64,000 nt of DNA from Lytechinus pictus (GCF_037042905.1 NC_087250.1:17424001-17488000); one strand, 5' to 3'. Counted from the first letter of the stretch, positions 23,401 through 35,614 are shown. Program-made: numbers and translations. The notes: generated from the letters alone by a model not told the origin.

Positions 23401-23504
23401 ACAATTTTTCAAACAACGTTAAGTCATGTTCAACAATATACTCACTTAAAGCCACTATTAAAAGAAAAATCATCGAATCATATGCATCCCCCTCTTCAAG
23501 TTAA
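20487..23504 (+). CDS. LINE ORF2p: apurinic endonuclease plus reverse transcriptase
   Basis: Uninterrupted frame of about 1005 codons. APE motifs: HANIRSL, LSETWL, YRPP, GDFN, IDNIF, SDHLPI. RT motifs: YRPISLL, DLSKAFDT, GVPQGSILGP, FADD. The true start codon is uncertain. Confidence 0.97.
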   Translation: MQLTSLQTSGTLHFYVPLFESHTFTPDIFIENPQDSKYYTPQEFNNEFNFTPDNLSLLHANIRSLNSNFEYLVNLLHSLNNFQFSVIGLSETWLHENSPDMFNIPNYKLIRADRKGRRGGGVAFYISQNLKFKIRSDVKLLHAESLFIEIENSNSKNIIIGLIYRPPDTNIDRFHDELEYFLHEIGNENKHFFLLGDFNINFLPSSDINNSSNFMKLIYSFGFISIINKPTRINLNSSTQIDNIFSNVHNNKATGGILCSEVSDHLPIFLTCECKFSFPKSNKEYTYRKESKQNIELLKQDLVLEEWDDVYNEVNPNIAYNNFNNTLKHYYEKNIPIGKVKNQRNKPKNPWITKGLLKSIQTRNRLYKYHLRNPTDDSLKEYKIYRNKLTKLIRISRKLHFANKINDANGNTNTTWKIIKEVLGTKTHPPPNDKITLNGSEILDPTNYANSFNSFFTNIGPELANKINSPNAHFTDYLSDPNQESLFLAPTNPSEIITIVRSLHNSRSSGCDGINMSLLKQIIHPLASPLTHIFNNSLSQGVFPDLFKIAKVNPIFKKDNPHEISNYRPISLLPTISKILEKIVYTRLYKFINKYNILNCNQYGFRKKYSTDLALLQIYDKITNAIANKEHVIGIFCDLSKAFDTLNHEILLSKLNHYGIRGQCLSFFKDYLNNRRQYVNFNSYDSDSLLVRCGVPQGSILGPLLFLLYINDIITTSSILSFVLFADDTNIFYSHRDLNSLTNIVNREIDKVSNWFKANKLSLNTKKTHFMYFRHHSHNINTPIDINIDGTPLEQKKQSKFLGVIMDESLTWNQHIHHVTMSVSKSIGIISKLKFTLPDKTLFLLYNSLVLPYITYCNIVWANCGSFKLNSVFKLQKRAIRMCTRSHYLAHSDPLFHKLKTLKIFDINTIQVAIFMFKYFNNQLPPSFNDMFRFNRSVHSYPTRTSGNLHLTNPKLLITHKSIRHYGPDIWNNFSNNVKSCSTIYSLKATIKRKIIESYASPSSS

Positions 23505-23820
23505 TTATTCAACTGCCCTTTACTTCACCCGCACCTGCACCTGCATTGCACCCACTTGATCAATGAAGAAAGACATTTATGTACCATTTACGAGGCCGCC
23601 ATCATTTTCAAGCTTAACCGCTCACGATGGCGGTCTCCTGCATTCGTTTAAACTGTTATTTTCTTTTCATTGAATATTGCTTATTGTTAATATTTATTTT
23701 TCATTGCTTTACTATGACTATTGCTTAATTGTTTTGTAAAACTTGATTGTACCACCCAGATGTTATGTTGCATATTTGTAGCCTGAGTGCAGAAATAAAA
23801 TTGAATCAATCAAAATCAAT

Positions 23821-24048
23821 ATTAATACCTCGGCAGTACTTGGCTAAACCGCCAAATACATGTAGGCACTAAAGCAATCAAGTAATTAGTCCTAGCAGGG
23901 TACCCATTTGCCATTTACCTCACCTGAGTCAAGTGCAGCACAATGTGGATCAATTTATTGCTGAAGGAAATTACGCCATGGAAGGGATTCAAACCTACAA
24001 CCCTCTGTTTCAAAGTCCAGAGACTAATCCACTGGGCCACAATGCTCC
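23821..24048 (-). mobile_element. SINE body, relative of 4953-5222; its tail appears to lie at about 15140-15200
   Basis: Shares gggtacccatt, ttgctgaaggaaa, cgccatgg and ccctctgtttcaaag with the 4953 copy. Confidence 0.75.
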
Positions 24049-24757
24049 AAGATCAAACAGACCTTTGGTTTTCGCAGTTCATATAGTGCACAATGCAGAG
24101 TGTGAGGTAAAGAGACAAGATTCACTATGTGCCGTGGCTAACTCTACCGAAGCAGACAGAGAGTTTGCCATCTAGTCTTCATTGTAGACATGGTATAATA
24201 AGCCTGTTCACGGTTGTAAACTGCGCACGAGCAAAAAAAGGTCATTTGAGATAAACCATGAAGGTGGCTTTCAAATTCACTGACATAGGCATTTGTGATT
24301 TGATGATCATTCATGTATTCCTTTCAAAATATATATTCATTTTATCACATCCAAGCTGAAGAGTAATAAATAGAGCCTTCATAATCACTGGTATTTGACA
24401 GTAGCCTAAACAATAGTAAAATGTGCCAAAGGCAGACAATAAAACAGATTTCCAAACTTTATCCCTGATGTACTATTCTCGTCACCTGGTCTATACAATG
24501 CCTTTTGTTCTTAGAATTTGAATACTCTACCGGTAAAGCTTACGCAACATCTAGATTTGAAAATGATAGTGCTTATCCTAATGAAAAATCACAAAGGTCA
24601 TTTGAGAAAAGTTGATCATGAGCTAACCGTGAACTGGCTTATTGGTTTAAGTGTCAAATATGAGTCTGTAATTGCAGACTAGGTCCTTAGTCCTTACAGC
24701 TCTGATTTTTAAAATTCAATGTTAACCATTGCCTCCGACAAAAACAAGCTATTTTAC

Positions 24758-24871
24758 CTGCCATGATCCGCTCCCCCTGCATAAAATGCTTGTCCTTCCT
24801 CATCGCTATCATTATCAGCTTTCCTAGACGTGTAATCCCCCAGGGTTGCGACCCGGCTGCTGCCTCCCCCT
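24758..24871 (-). CDS. NSFL1C: NSFL1C/p47 exon 3
   Basis: Reads GGGSSRVATLGDYTSRKADNDSDEEGQAFYAGGADHGS, containing the conserved EEGQxFYAGG motif; AG/GT boundaries; phase 2->2. Confidence 0.95.
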
Positions 24872-25654
24872 CTGGAGGAAAAAAAAAGTTATAATCAAGT
24901 GTGAAGCAAATAGAGCAACATTGCCATTGCGGTAACTTAACGATTGTGGTAACTTTGATGGAAGTCTTGATTTTGATGAGCTAATAAGCCAAGTTACTAT
25001 GGTAGTCAAGTTAGAATCATTATGTAGTGTTAATTAAATGGGCCAATGGGCAACATTTCAAAAAGATTTGCAATAGTTCATCTTCATACTAAAACTGATT
25101 GGTTGATAGTAGATTAATCAACTAATAAGCACATGCAAAGGTTATGTTGACTGGCCATTGTGATTGGCGATCGAGCACAAAACATTTGTGTAACAGGGCT
25201 CTTGAGTGTTCCACAAAATAAAATGCTATGGGGCTTAAAGGTCAGATCATATCCTGTAACTACTCTCGGCCGTTCATTTCAGTAGCTTTCTACCAGGAGT
25301 TAGTATCTTGCTGTGCAGTCTCAAGTAATCGGTTTGTTTCAACACTGTAATATTGAAAGCCAGCATCTAAATGGATGATTTGTTCAGTAATTTGAGCATT
25401 AATTTGGAAATCTAAGGGGTTTTTAAGAACAGGAATGATAAAACCTAAAACGGAGGAATCTGTGGATTGTTAAGTACATAATTCAAAAGACCAGTTGCCC
25501 GTTTCAGTAAGAGTTACAACTGTTGTAACTTTGCCATTATGGCAACTACCATGGCAACAGGGCTCAGCAGCCAATCAAAATCAAGTTTACCATGGTAGCT
25601 GCCATAATTGCAAAGTTACAATAGTTGCAATTCTTTATGAAACGAGCCCCATAC

Positions 25655-25821
25655 CTGGCTTTCGGGGCAGATGATCCTTTAGCTGTGCTTCCTCCCTGTG
25701 GCTGAGCAGCTGGAGGTGGTTCAACCCTTGGAGGTTCAGGCTGTCTTTCAGAGGGAGGGTCGGCACTTGGTGGATTAGTTACCATGTCATCTGAGTTATC
25801 ATAAAAACTCTCTAGAGCCAC
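25655..25821 (-). CDS. NSFL1C: NSFL1C/p47 exon 2
   Basis: ttacAG acceptor; reads VALESFYDNSDDM...APKAR; GTATGG donor; 167 nt, phase 0->2. Confidence 0.92.
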
Positions 25822-27309
25822 CTGTAAGAGGGCCACAAGGGGGAAGGTTACATGAAGAATCTTCTAAGTGATTTTCACTGGCAAATGTGCTCTAAACCAA
25901 TCAGATTAAAGTATTTCAGTAGCTTATAACAATTGTACATGTAATTCATTCTAAAAAAAGGGGCACCAAGGAAATTATGTTATTTCCTAAGGGCTCCTAG
26001 GTAATTTTCAAAAGGACATTGTTAACAATTGTTTAATACATGTATCTATGAAAAGATAGACTACACATGCTTTAAATATGCAAAAACAAAACTAAAATTT
26101 GAAGGTAAGAAGGAATTATCAATCTTAAAACTAAAAATTAAGCATGAATTATACATTCTAGTTTTTCTTTTAAAAGGCCTGAAAACCAACTAATGAAGTA
26201 GTTAGTGAATGAATAAATTTCATATCAGGCATTCATATTTTGACATTACTTTACAAATGAGGTGAATTGAGGGTTATTGAAGTCATTAGAGTCAATTCGT
26301 ATTACTCTTATTACCCGTAATTGTTGTCTAAGCCCCATGGGGGAAGTGAAACAGATGCCATGAGTGCCCTCATAAGCAAGGACAATCTCAACTTATCAAG
26401 ACATACTAAGTAATTTGCTTGATTTATGAGGATAGATCATTGATTTCTTGGACAATTCTCATTTTCAGACCAGCACCTCTACATCTACTGAAGATATACA
26501 ATGATAACTTCACAACATTCAATGCTTGAAATGGTTTTTTTTTCTTTTTAAATAGTTTTCAGGAAATATCAAAATTGACAGTCAGAGGTTTCACCGCCAT
26601 CTCGACTATTGCTTAAAAAAGGACAAGCCCACCCCAACAAAGTGTCATATCAAGTCCCTAAATCACATTTCAAGGTCAACGTCAATGAATGTGCCCACCA
26701 CTTTTTTGAATATCGCCATGCCCATCGGCATCGGGAACGGCTATATTTTGGCTTCGATCTCGACGTCGTTTGAACTCTCATTCTCAATCTCAGTCAGATA
26801 ACGCGAACATGCGGCATATCTTTTGATCACTAAATTCAGTCCATATCACAATTACGGCGAAGCGATTACTAAGTTAGACTAACTTAGTAAGGTCAGAATT
26901 CAAAAAAATAAAGATCAGAGCCAAAAAAAAGGCAAAACAATTCTCGATCGCAAAATTTTAAAAGCAAAGTCAAAGGCAAGCAGAGCATTAATTAATTTGA
27001 CCTTATCATGATCAGTATGAGTATGACTTGACCGAGTCAGAGAGACTTTCACTTGCCATGATCTGTGAACAATTTTTTTTTCTGGTGGGGAGCCAAAATT
27101 TGCAGGAAGTCGGCCAGTGCAGTGCGGTGCGAAAGTCTGCATTAGCCTTAGGCTTAGCCTTAGCGCCGCTGCATTATCGCCCCCATGGCCCATGTCGACT
27201 GCTGCCGAGACGGCTCGCGTCGGCTGGCAGAGCTGCAGAGCGGACGTGGACTGTCAACGCAAGGCTAGGATGATATAGAAATGCTTCAAGTTAACAATTT
27301 ACACTTTAC

Positions 27310-27426
27310 CTCCAACTTCCATCCCGATGATTCGAGAAAGAACGAGGCTCTATCTCTATCTGCTCCAGTTACGCCAATAAACTGAGTCAGAACTTCATCT
27401 TTCTCTGCTGCACTGGTGGCTGCCAT
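27310..27426 (-). CDS. NSFL1C: NSFL1C/p47 exon 1 (UBA-like domain start)
   Basis: ATG at 27426 reads [39 protein letters not shown], the recognisable p47 UBA N-terminus; ends at a GTAAAG donor, phase 0. Confidence 0.95.
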
Positions 27427-29246
27427 TTTGATGATTTATCTCTTTTTCTTGTATGCTGCCCTCACAGTCACACGAGAGAAAACAGGTACCGGTACGGTAC
27501 CGAGAAAACAGCTCGAATAAAAAACTCCGAAAATTTCATCAAAAGCTTATAACAAATAACAAATTTATCGAATTTTGAAATTTAGTCATGTCCTCTGAAA
27601 AATGAGGCTGGTAATGTCATTTTTCCCTTTTTTCAATTATAAGATCTCCCTCATGAAATTAATTATTTGTCTTTCACATAAAATCAATAGCCAATCAAGT
27701 CCCTATCATTTTTGGAGGACAAAAAGTTAACAAATATAATTTCATTTCATAAGACACAAAAGAATAGGCCTAAGTGATTTCATCAGCCTGGTCATTATTC
27801 GCGAAGACTTAAATAGAACTGTTTCACCGACAAAACTTTAAATATAACATAAATTTGCTATTCATTGTGATTGTTTTTTTTTTCTAGCTCTCTTCATCTG
27901 ATTTTCAAATCATATTACTCTCAGCCGGTAGAGTTCCCTTTTAACTGTAAACAAAATGAGCAAAGATATTTTTTTTTACAATTTAAACAAAGATTATGGA
28001 TGGCTATGACTTTAGGTAGGATACTAAATGATGTGAACTATTTTTTTATAAATATACCCGATACTCTCAAAATATAAGTCATGTTGCAGGTAATCTTTGT
28101 TCCTACAAAGCAAAACTGAAGTTGCCAACTCATTTTAGATATCGCACTTGCACTCACATTTCTTTCTTTCTTTTTCTTTCTTTCTCTCTCTCTCTCCCCC
28201 CCCCCCTCACTTGACCCCCCTCTCTTTCATCTTTCTCTCACACCCAGGCATCCTTTTTAACCCTTTCTGACCCTTTCTGCACCCCCATGCACCCTCTCTC
28301 TCTCTCCCCCTCTCTTTCTTCTTTTTCTCTTTCTCCTCCCCTCTCCCTCTCTCCCATGCATGTTCACTTCCTCACAAATACAGATGTACATCACAATAGT
28401 GTAAACATTGTTTTTACAAAGTCAAGAGAAATAATAATCTTATTTTCATTTCACAAATCATCACTGTGTTTTCACCACAAAAAGTATGTATGCAAAACCT
28501 TACAGCAAATAGAAAAGTGTTAGTTTCTTTTTTAAACTATCATTCATCAGAGAGGACTGGGACCCTGTTTCACAAGAGTATAATTCTGTAACAAATTTTC
28601 TCTCGCCCAATCAAACTGCACTATTTGAACAGTAAAATGTATTGTGATACTGGGTTTACGAAGCAGGATCCAGCTCAATCACAAATATTCATCAATATAA
28701 AATCTTAAAAATAAATAGAAAACAAATGCATATTGATAGAATTTTTAAATTAGGGACTGAAGGGTGGTCTTAATTCCTTCTTTTAAATGGTAGTCAAGTA
28801 TTCACTAATATCACAAAACCCTAAAAGCTCGACATATAAATGCTGGTAAGTGGTAATCATTTCATTTACCAATGCAATGATAGTTCACCTTGGATAAACA
28901 ATGGATTAGAAGAGTTTTCTTAAGCCAGGTCTAAGTATACAGCTTCTCAATTAGCGACTTATGAATCACGTGGCACATCAGGCCTTACAAAGTGGCCCAT
29001 GCAAGCCGATATTAAAACTATAAATAGATAAAATGATTCATTTTGTCATAAACATAAACTCAGTTTGGGCCAATTAATACGGCTCATGTTCAAAGCTTTG
29101 GGGGAAGGGGTGCAAAAAAATATAGTTTTCCTGTGATTTAAAACCAAGTTTCCAATTCTAACAACAGAACCTAGAATGGTGATTTTGATTTTCAATCCCG
29201 GACAAAAATACTATCTGCCTAAAATGAATATAAAATGATTTATTTC

Positions 29247-30320
29247 ACCTGCACCTGCATTGCACCCACTTGATCAATGAAGAAAGAAATTTATGTACCA
29301 TTTTTACGAGGCCGCCATCATTTTCAAGCTTAACCGCTCACGATGGCGGTCTCCTGCATTCGTTTAACCCTATCTTAACTGGGCTATTTCAGACCAGTAT
29401 ATACTGGGGGGGGGGGGGGTCAATTTGACCCCCCCTCAGATCTCGGTCGCTGATCGCGCGATCGCCGCGAAAATTTGCACGCGCATAGAGCCGGATGTAA
29501 ACTACAAGACTGTATGGTAGAATTTTTAAAAAATTCATTCTTTATGTTTTTAATTAATTAATTATGCAAATAATCCTATGAAATTTGCCCTAAATTTTGT
29601 TTTTTGTGTATGTTTTTGCCTTTAACTCAATTTATATAGCTAGTAGAATGCTAATTTTTGGTTGGAGTACCAATTATTACATATCTAACAAATATCTACA
29701 AAACAATTGCAAAAATATAATTAATTTCTTATGTATTTAATTGTTTTTTAAATTCTTATGTAGATCTCTGTTTTTTCAAACCTTTGTTTTTTATTGTTTT
29801 TTCCAATGAACTTTGTCGGGGACCCTTCTGCGATCATAGATAGCATAAATAAATCCATTTAAACCAACAAAAGTAAAAATAATCCTACATCTATGATTTT
29901 TGGTTGAAAAACACAATTTGCATTGACTTTGTACACGGAATCACGTTTTTGAGCAATTTTGGGTCTGACATGCACTTACAAAATGTTGCATAATTTCAGA
30001 ACCGCGTCAGAATTTTGGTCTCAAAAGATGCGCAAGACTTCATAGTAAAAAGGCAGTGAGCGGCGCAATCAAAAAACTTTGCGCGACGGCGTAGTGATGA
30101 AATTTGTCAAGGTGGGGGTCAAATTGACCCCCCCCCCCAGTTTAATAATGGTTAAACTGTTATTTTCTTTTAATTGAATATTGCTTCTTGTTGATATACA
30201 TTTTTCATTGCTTTATTATGACAATTGCTTCATTGTTTTGTAAAACTTAAATGTATCACCTAGATGTTATGTTGCATATTTATCTTGAATGCAGAAATAA
30301 AATAAAATCAATCAATCAAT
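29247..30320 (+). mobile_element. 5'-truncated copy of the same LINE 3'UTR, interrupted by a piggyBac-type MITE
   Basis: 29247-29367 plus 30152-30320 are nearly identical to 23532-23820, including the hairpin and the AATC tail. Confidence 0.9.
29368..30151. mobile_element. piggyBac-like non-autonomous element
   Basis: TTAA on both sides, a CCC start, and subterminal GGGGTCAAWTTGACCCC palindromes; a related inverted copy lies at about 42066-42828. Confidence 0.8.
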
Positions 30321-31694
30321 AAAAATTATAACACCATATAGATATGCTCTATTAATCAACACATGACAAATTATATATATATATATATGTGTGTGTATTA
30401 TGCAATTTCATATAATAATTGTGAATGTTTTGTAACAGTGTATAACAACAAATTAGGCAAAAATACCTGAGAATTGGGCATGTTTCATAAGGCTTGCTTT
30501 CATTGACAGTACTGTCAACCAATCAGAGAGTATCATTTCAGTAGCTTACAACAGAATCTAATACTTTACAATTGATGACATTTGTTATGAAACCAGGGCC
30601 CCGTCTTACAATGAGTTACAATTGATCCGATCAACTGCAACTATTGAGAGCCAGCAATGTCAACATATAAACATAGATATGTTGTATGGTAGGGAGTCCT
30701 AAAGCTACGCGGGTCCTAAAGCTATGCACCACTCCATTGCGCACACAATTTCAATGGCAAAATAAATGCGCACTCTAGCTCTGTGTGTGAAGCTGTGACT
30801 GCAGAGTGACGAACGATCCCTATTCAATTTTTCTCCAGAGGCTGCAATAAAACCTTGAATGCAGAGAAAACCAACAAATTTTTGGAATTTTGGAATAATA
30901 TTCAATTTAATTTCATATATTCCTATAATACGGACAAATTTTAGAAATTGAGGCACAGGAAATACTTTTTCTTTGCACGATAAATCAAGTGCGTAGCTCT
31001 AGGACCCCTTCCAAATCAGGCGGCGAAGTCAAGAGGTGTTCGGAAAACACATCAGGATTTTCGTATCAGTGAGTTTTGTGATATTTTCTTCTTGGTTTAG
31101 GATCTTTAGAATATTTATTACAAATGAGTGAAATATAATCTGTTAAAGTTTTAAATATTGGCATAGTTTTTATGGTTTGAAAAAAAAGTGCATAGCTTTA
31201 AGTCCCCCCATCATACATTCATTGTTTTCTTGACAATTCTGTATGCTTCTCTTCTTAACATAGGACATTGTGTAAATTCCCTGAGGCTGTAGAAAAAATT
31301 ATTACATTGATAGATTTCCATACAGTTGAGGTTGATCGCATCAATTGTAGCTCTTTGTAAGACGGGACCCAGGTCCTGAAGTAATGGCAGGTAGATATAT
31401 GACCACTGAACTATTATTGCACCTCTCCGCAAAATTTACATCATACGTCCGTTGCAGAAAGAACTGCGTTGAAATGCTTCCAATAAAATCAAATCAGGTT
31501 CCAAAGAGATGCAATCAAGTGCAACTTCAAAATTCAATCACAACTTGATTCTCAACCAATAAGAGCGTATTTTAGACTTGCATTTGATTCTCTGACTTGC
31601 ATTTAAACGCAAATCTTTCTGCAACAGGGCCCTTATCGCATAAAAATTAAGATGTATTTGCTTTCTGAAGATGTGTTTGATTGCAACTGTTCTG

Positions 31695-31814
31695 TTAAAC
31701 TTTGCTCAATGGTTCTTGACTTTGACCTTGACCCTTGACATTGTGACACAGGTTGCCATAGAGATAACTGATAACTGATTGGTCTCCTTGGGAACTGATG
31801 ACCTGTGTTGAAAT
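31695..31814 (-). CDS. Zinc-finger gene probable terminal coding exon
   Basis: A CT-rich tract and tacAG acceptor precede ISTQVISSQGDQSVISYLYGNLCHNVKGQGQSQEPLSKV* (TAA). Confidence 0.6.
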   Translation of the reverse strand: MSTQVISSQGDQSVISYLYGNLCHNVKGQGQSQEPLSKV

Positions 31815-32769
31815 CTGTATGGAGAGAGAGAGGGGGGAAGAGAAACCTTGTTACAATTAGGCTGCAAGCACAGACTCATATTTCACACTTTAACCAATTA
31901 TACCATGTCTGGAGTGAAGACTAGATACCAAACTCTGTGGCCCGAATTCACGAAGGTGGTTTTTAAAACCATCAGTTGAACCCATGGTTTATGCAGATTT
32001 CCTTATAGATTACGCTTATTTACCGCGTATATTAAAAAATGTCACATGCTGATCGATGCATGCTTTTGTCACAGTACGCCAAGTTGACGCCTGTTGCCGT
32101 GGTTATCCACGCTATTTTATTCATGAGTCCACTGCTTTGAATTAATGAGTCTACTCTTCAACAGTGGACTCATGAATAAAATAGCATACTTAACCATGGC
32201 AACAGGCGTCAATTTGGCGCACTGTGACAAAACGCGCATCAGCATTGGAATTTTTTAATATACGCTGTAAATAAGCCTACCGTTAATTTATACAGGAAAT
32301 CTGCATAAACCATTGGTTCAACCTATATGGTTTAACAACCACCTTTGTGAAATCGGGCCTATGTCTGTATAGACCCAGCCACAGTACTTACATAGTGAAT
32401 CTAGTCTTACTACTTCAGACTCTGCATTATGTACTATGTAAATTGCGAAAACCAAGGGTCTGTCTCTGCAGACTAGTTACAGGTAGCCCGAGCATAGTCT
32501 GTAGGCACAGACCCTTATTTTTCGCAATTCGCATATTATTTGACACAGACAGAGTCTTTGGAGTCTAGTCTTTACTCTAGACCTGTTATTGGTTAAAGTG
32601 TCAAATATGAGTTTGTGTTTGCAGACTACCCAAATCCCAAACATGGCGTTTATTCTTTTGTTTCACCTCATCCATACCATAAGAAAAATTTGAGATTTGA
32701 ACAGCAAAATTATTGTTTAGAGAGGAGGGGGCACATCCGCTTCACATGAATAGTATATCACCACACAGT

Positions 32770-32880
32770 GGGGTGCTGTGGCCGAGTGGTCTTAGGCATC
32801 TGACTGGACACATGAAGGTCCAGGGTTCAATCCCCGGTCACGGCATCTATCCCCTCAAGCAACGGAACAAGGTATTTAAT
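32770..32880 (+). mobile_element. SINE 5' fragment (tRNA-like head)
   Basis: TGGCCGAGTGG A box and GGTTCAATCCC B box, but no proper acceptor stem. Confidence 0.55.
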
Positions 32881-33486
32881 AAACTGTGCTTGTTTTATCT
32901 TACATAATAAATGAGGCACATGTAGCATACCTCCTCCTTCCCCTCCCCCCTACTCTTTACTTTGGTATAATTCAAATCAGACAAATTTGATATGTGCCTA
33001 TCTCCTATTTTATGTTTGTTTCTGTATATATTTCCATACTGTATTCATTTCATGTTGCCCTCTATCATGTTCATATGAACAGGTAACCTGGGCTTATTTT
33101 TTTCTCCTTATTTATCAATAAATGTTGTTTAATAAAATGATAATTGGAGATGCTATAAGCATTCTTGGTGACCATGGTTGCACTTTAAAATACCCTGTAC
33201 ACATGTTCATATCTATGCCCATGGTCCAGACAAAATAATTCATGTCACATAGATGACAACAGAGGAGTGTTTCATGAAGAATCCTCCCAGTAATTTTGAC
33301 TGACAAATTCCAGAAGGGCCAATCAGATGCTAAGATATCAGTAGCTTATAACAGTTATCAGTAAAAATCATGTTTCATGAAACATCCCCATGGTTACCAA
33401 CTGCAGTCAGCCAGACTTTCTTAATTTAACACATAAAAAAGTTACAGAGGTTTCATAAGCTCAAGTTAATATTAATTTGTTCCTCA

Positions 33487-34230
33487 AATTCTCACTACCC
33501 CAAATAGCGATTTCGCCGAGATCCGGGAAAATCCCTGTAACACGCATTGCATTATGGGATAGCTTTTTCGGTATTACAACTTCCTGTTCGGAAGTCCAAT
33601 GCACTGTTTTGCCATTCAGATCAACAGTGCCGTCATGCACTACAACACAACGTCGCTTTCGCTCGGAAAGTTCGTGATCACAACCCTCTCTTTCACGATA
33701 CAGTTTAACGGCCTTTTCTGCTAAAGTCACTAATTCTGCCCGACGCTTTCCATTGCAAGGTATTCCTCTGTCAGTTAAGATTTTTTTAAGTTCCGAAACT
33801 GATTTTTTATCCATTTTGTGGTCGACTAAAAATTGAACGGAATGAATGCTGTATATATTTAGCGTCTAGTCGAATACGATCGTGGTGTCAGGCCGGTCGC
33901 TAAATGCAAAGTTTTAAGATATTCATTTTTTGTTTAATTTTTTATAACCAAATAAAAACAGGAATAAAAATTATTTTCACGTGAAATATATTTTTTTTTT
34001 TTATTTATAATTCAAATGGAATAAAAACTGACCAAATTAAATAAAAAGTATTATAATCTGTACATATTACGCTGATTGGCATCGATTTCAGCGTGGTGGA
34101 AAACTCAGAATCGCGAACCCCGCGCGAGCATGACTCTTAACCGGAAGTGGTGATGACGACCCGACGGAGTGAAAATTATCTCGTCTCGCGCATTATGAGA
34201 TTTTTGTTCCTATTTGGGGTAGCGAGAATT
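33487..34230 (-). mobile_element. DNA-transposon deletion derivative with a SAP-domain gene remnant
   Basis: 21-bp TIRs AATTCTCACTACCCCAAATAG / CTATTTGGGGTAGCGAGAATT; an internal ORF from 33814 begins with SAP-like SVSELKKILTDRGIPCNGKRRAELV. Confidence 0.7.
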
Positions 34231-34416
34231 GGCAATAACCATTTATTTCACATTCAATTTCATACGTGTGGACAAACCAACTGTTCAAATGTATGATAAT
34301 AGTAAGAATTCCAAAGAAAAGTTGCCAATTTGCATCTTTGATCAGTGATTTTTGCTGTTTCCATTATGTTGCCAACTTTGAGCATGTAATGATTTACTGT
34401 ACATAATTCAACATAC

Positions 34417-34500
34417 CTGCCCAGGAGCAGCAGAAGAGTGAATGTTTGATATTCCCTGGTGGCCAGGAGGTATGGCGGTAGCACTGGTTGTAGATGAAGG
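34417..34500 (-). CDS. Zinc-finger gene exon 6
   Basis: 84-nt GC-richer phase-0 exon PSSTTSATAIPPGHQGISNIHSSAAPGQ with tttAG and GTATGT sites. Confidence 0.7.
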
Positions 34501-34621
34501 CTAAAGAAAAAATTATTAGAGTAGATCTTTGTAATTATAATAATTAAAATATTTGAATCTTTAATTGCACACTGCACATTTTAGATTGCATGTACCTAGC
34601 CTAGGTACTTATCATATTCTA

Positions 34622-35614
34622 CAGTGCGTATAAAAAAAAAGTTTACACTTAGAAAAAACCCTGTAAAATTATACATATGTAATATCCTGAAGATTTTTCC
34701 ACATTTACACATTGGTACAGATCCATTTAAGCAAATGACGATGTAACTGTCAAAAAATATTTCCGTTTGAGTGAGCACCACTAACTTTTGAAAAGTTAGT
34801 GAAAAATGATTTGCGCAGAACTTTGAAATAGTTATGCGAATAAAAGTAGACCTTAATCATGAAGAACACGTGGAATTTAGCTAGTAAAATTGATTTGAAG
34901 ATATATTTACCCTTTTTTAACTTGTTTGCATACCCAAAACACTTCGAAGAGTGCATTGCACCCCACCCCACTCCCCCACACACCGAGGCCATTGTGACAA
35001 TATTTGCTTTACACTGAGCTGTGATTTACATGAAATGGCTTAATTTAGGCTTGATTTTCATTTTGTTAATCATTGTCAAGCTTGGGAAAAGTGTGGAGAA
35101 CAAGTATTGAATGAAAAATGAAATATAAACCCACTTTAAATGATAAAGACTTAGTAAAAAAATGCTGGAGATGTCTGATATAAACTTTTGTTCAGATTCA
35201 GTAATGTCCTCAGATCCAGCTGGCACAAAAAGGGTAGTAAAGGTTGTGCTTACTAAGTGTTGAAATTTCAATTTGGGTGGCAAAAGTGTTACAAAATGCT
35301 TGAATGAATCCGTTTTATTTCAGTTGACTAAAAATGCAAGGGAAATGTAAGAGAAATATTTCACAGGGTAAGTTTGATTTCGCCCTTTCCCTTTAACAAA
35401 CCGTGAAAACGATAATTTCTGCCCAAACAGATTTCTGCGAGCTTTACAGAAATGGACAGTGCTCACTCAAGTGTAACATTCTGTCAAAACTTTTACTTTC
35501 ATTGGATAGATGAGACCCAAACCCAAGATTGTATGTGAAAATATTATCCACACGTTGTATATTTTTTAATTCCCACACCTTTTTCAAAGTGTAAACTTTT
35601 TTTGATACGCACTG
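34622..35614. mobile_element. Tc1/mariner-like MITE
   Basis: TA|CAGTGCGTAT-A(n)-GTTTACACTT ... AAGTGTAAAC-T(n)-GATACGCACTG|TA. Confidence 0.85.

Larger units (their letters stand above)
15201..23820 (+). mobile_element. Near full-length non-LTR retrotransposon (L2/Crack-like, CR1 group) in NSFL1C intron 3, antisense to the host gene
   Basis: ORF1, spacer, ORF2, a 3'UTR hairpin (23592-23637), AATAAA and an (AATC)n-type tail; it splits a pre-existing SINE. Confidence 0.85.

Noticed and set aside
26915..27273. GC-rich ORFs in NSFL1C intron 1
   Set aside because: They reflect the promoter-proximal CpG-rich zone; no splice or domain support.
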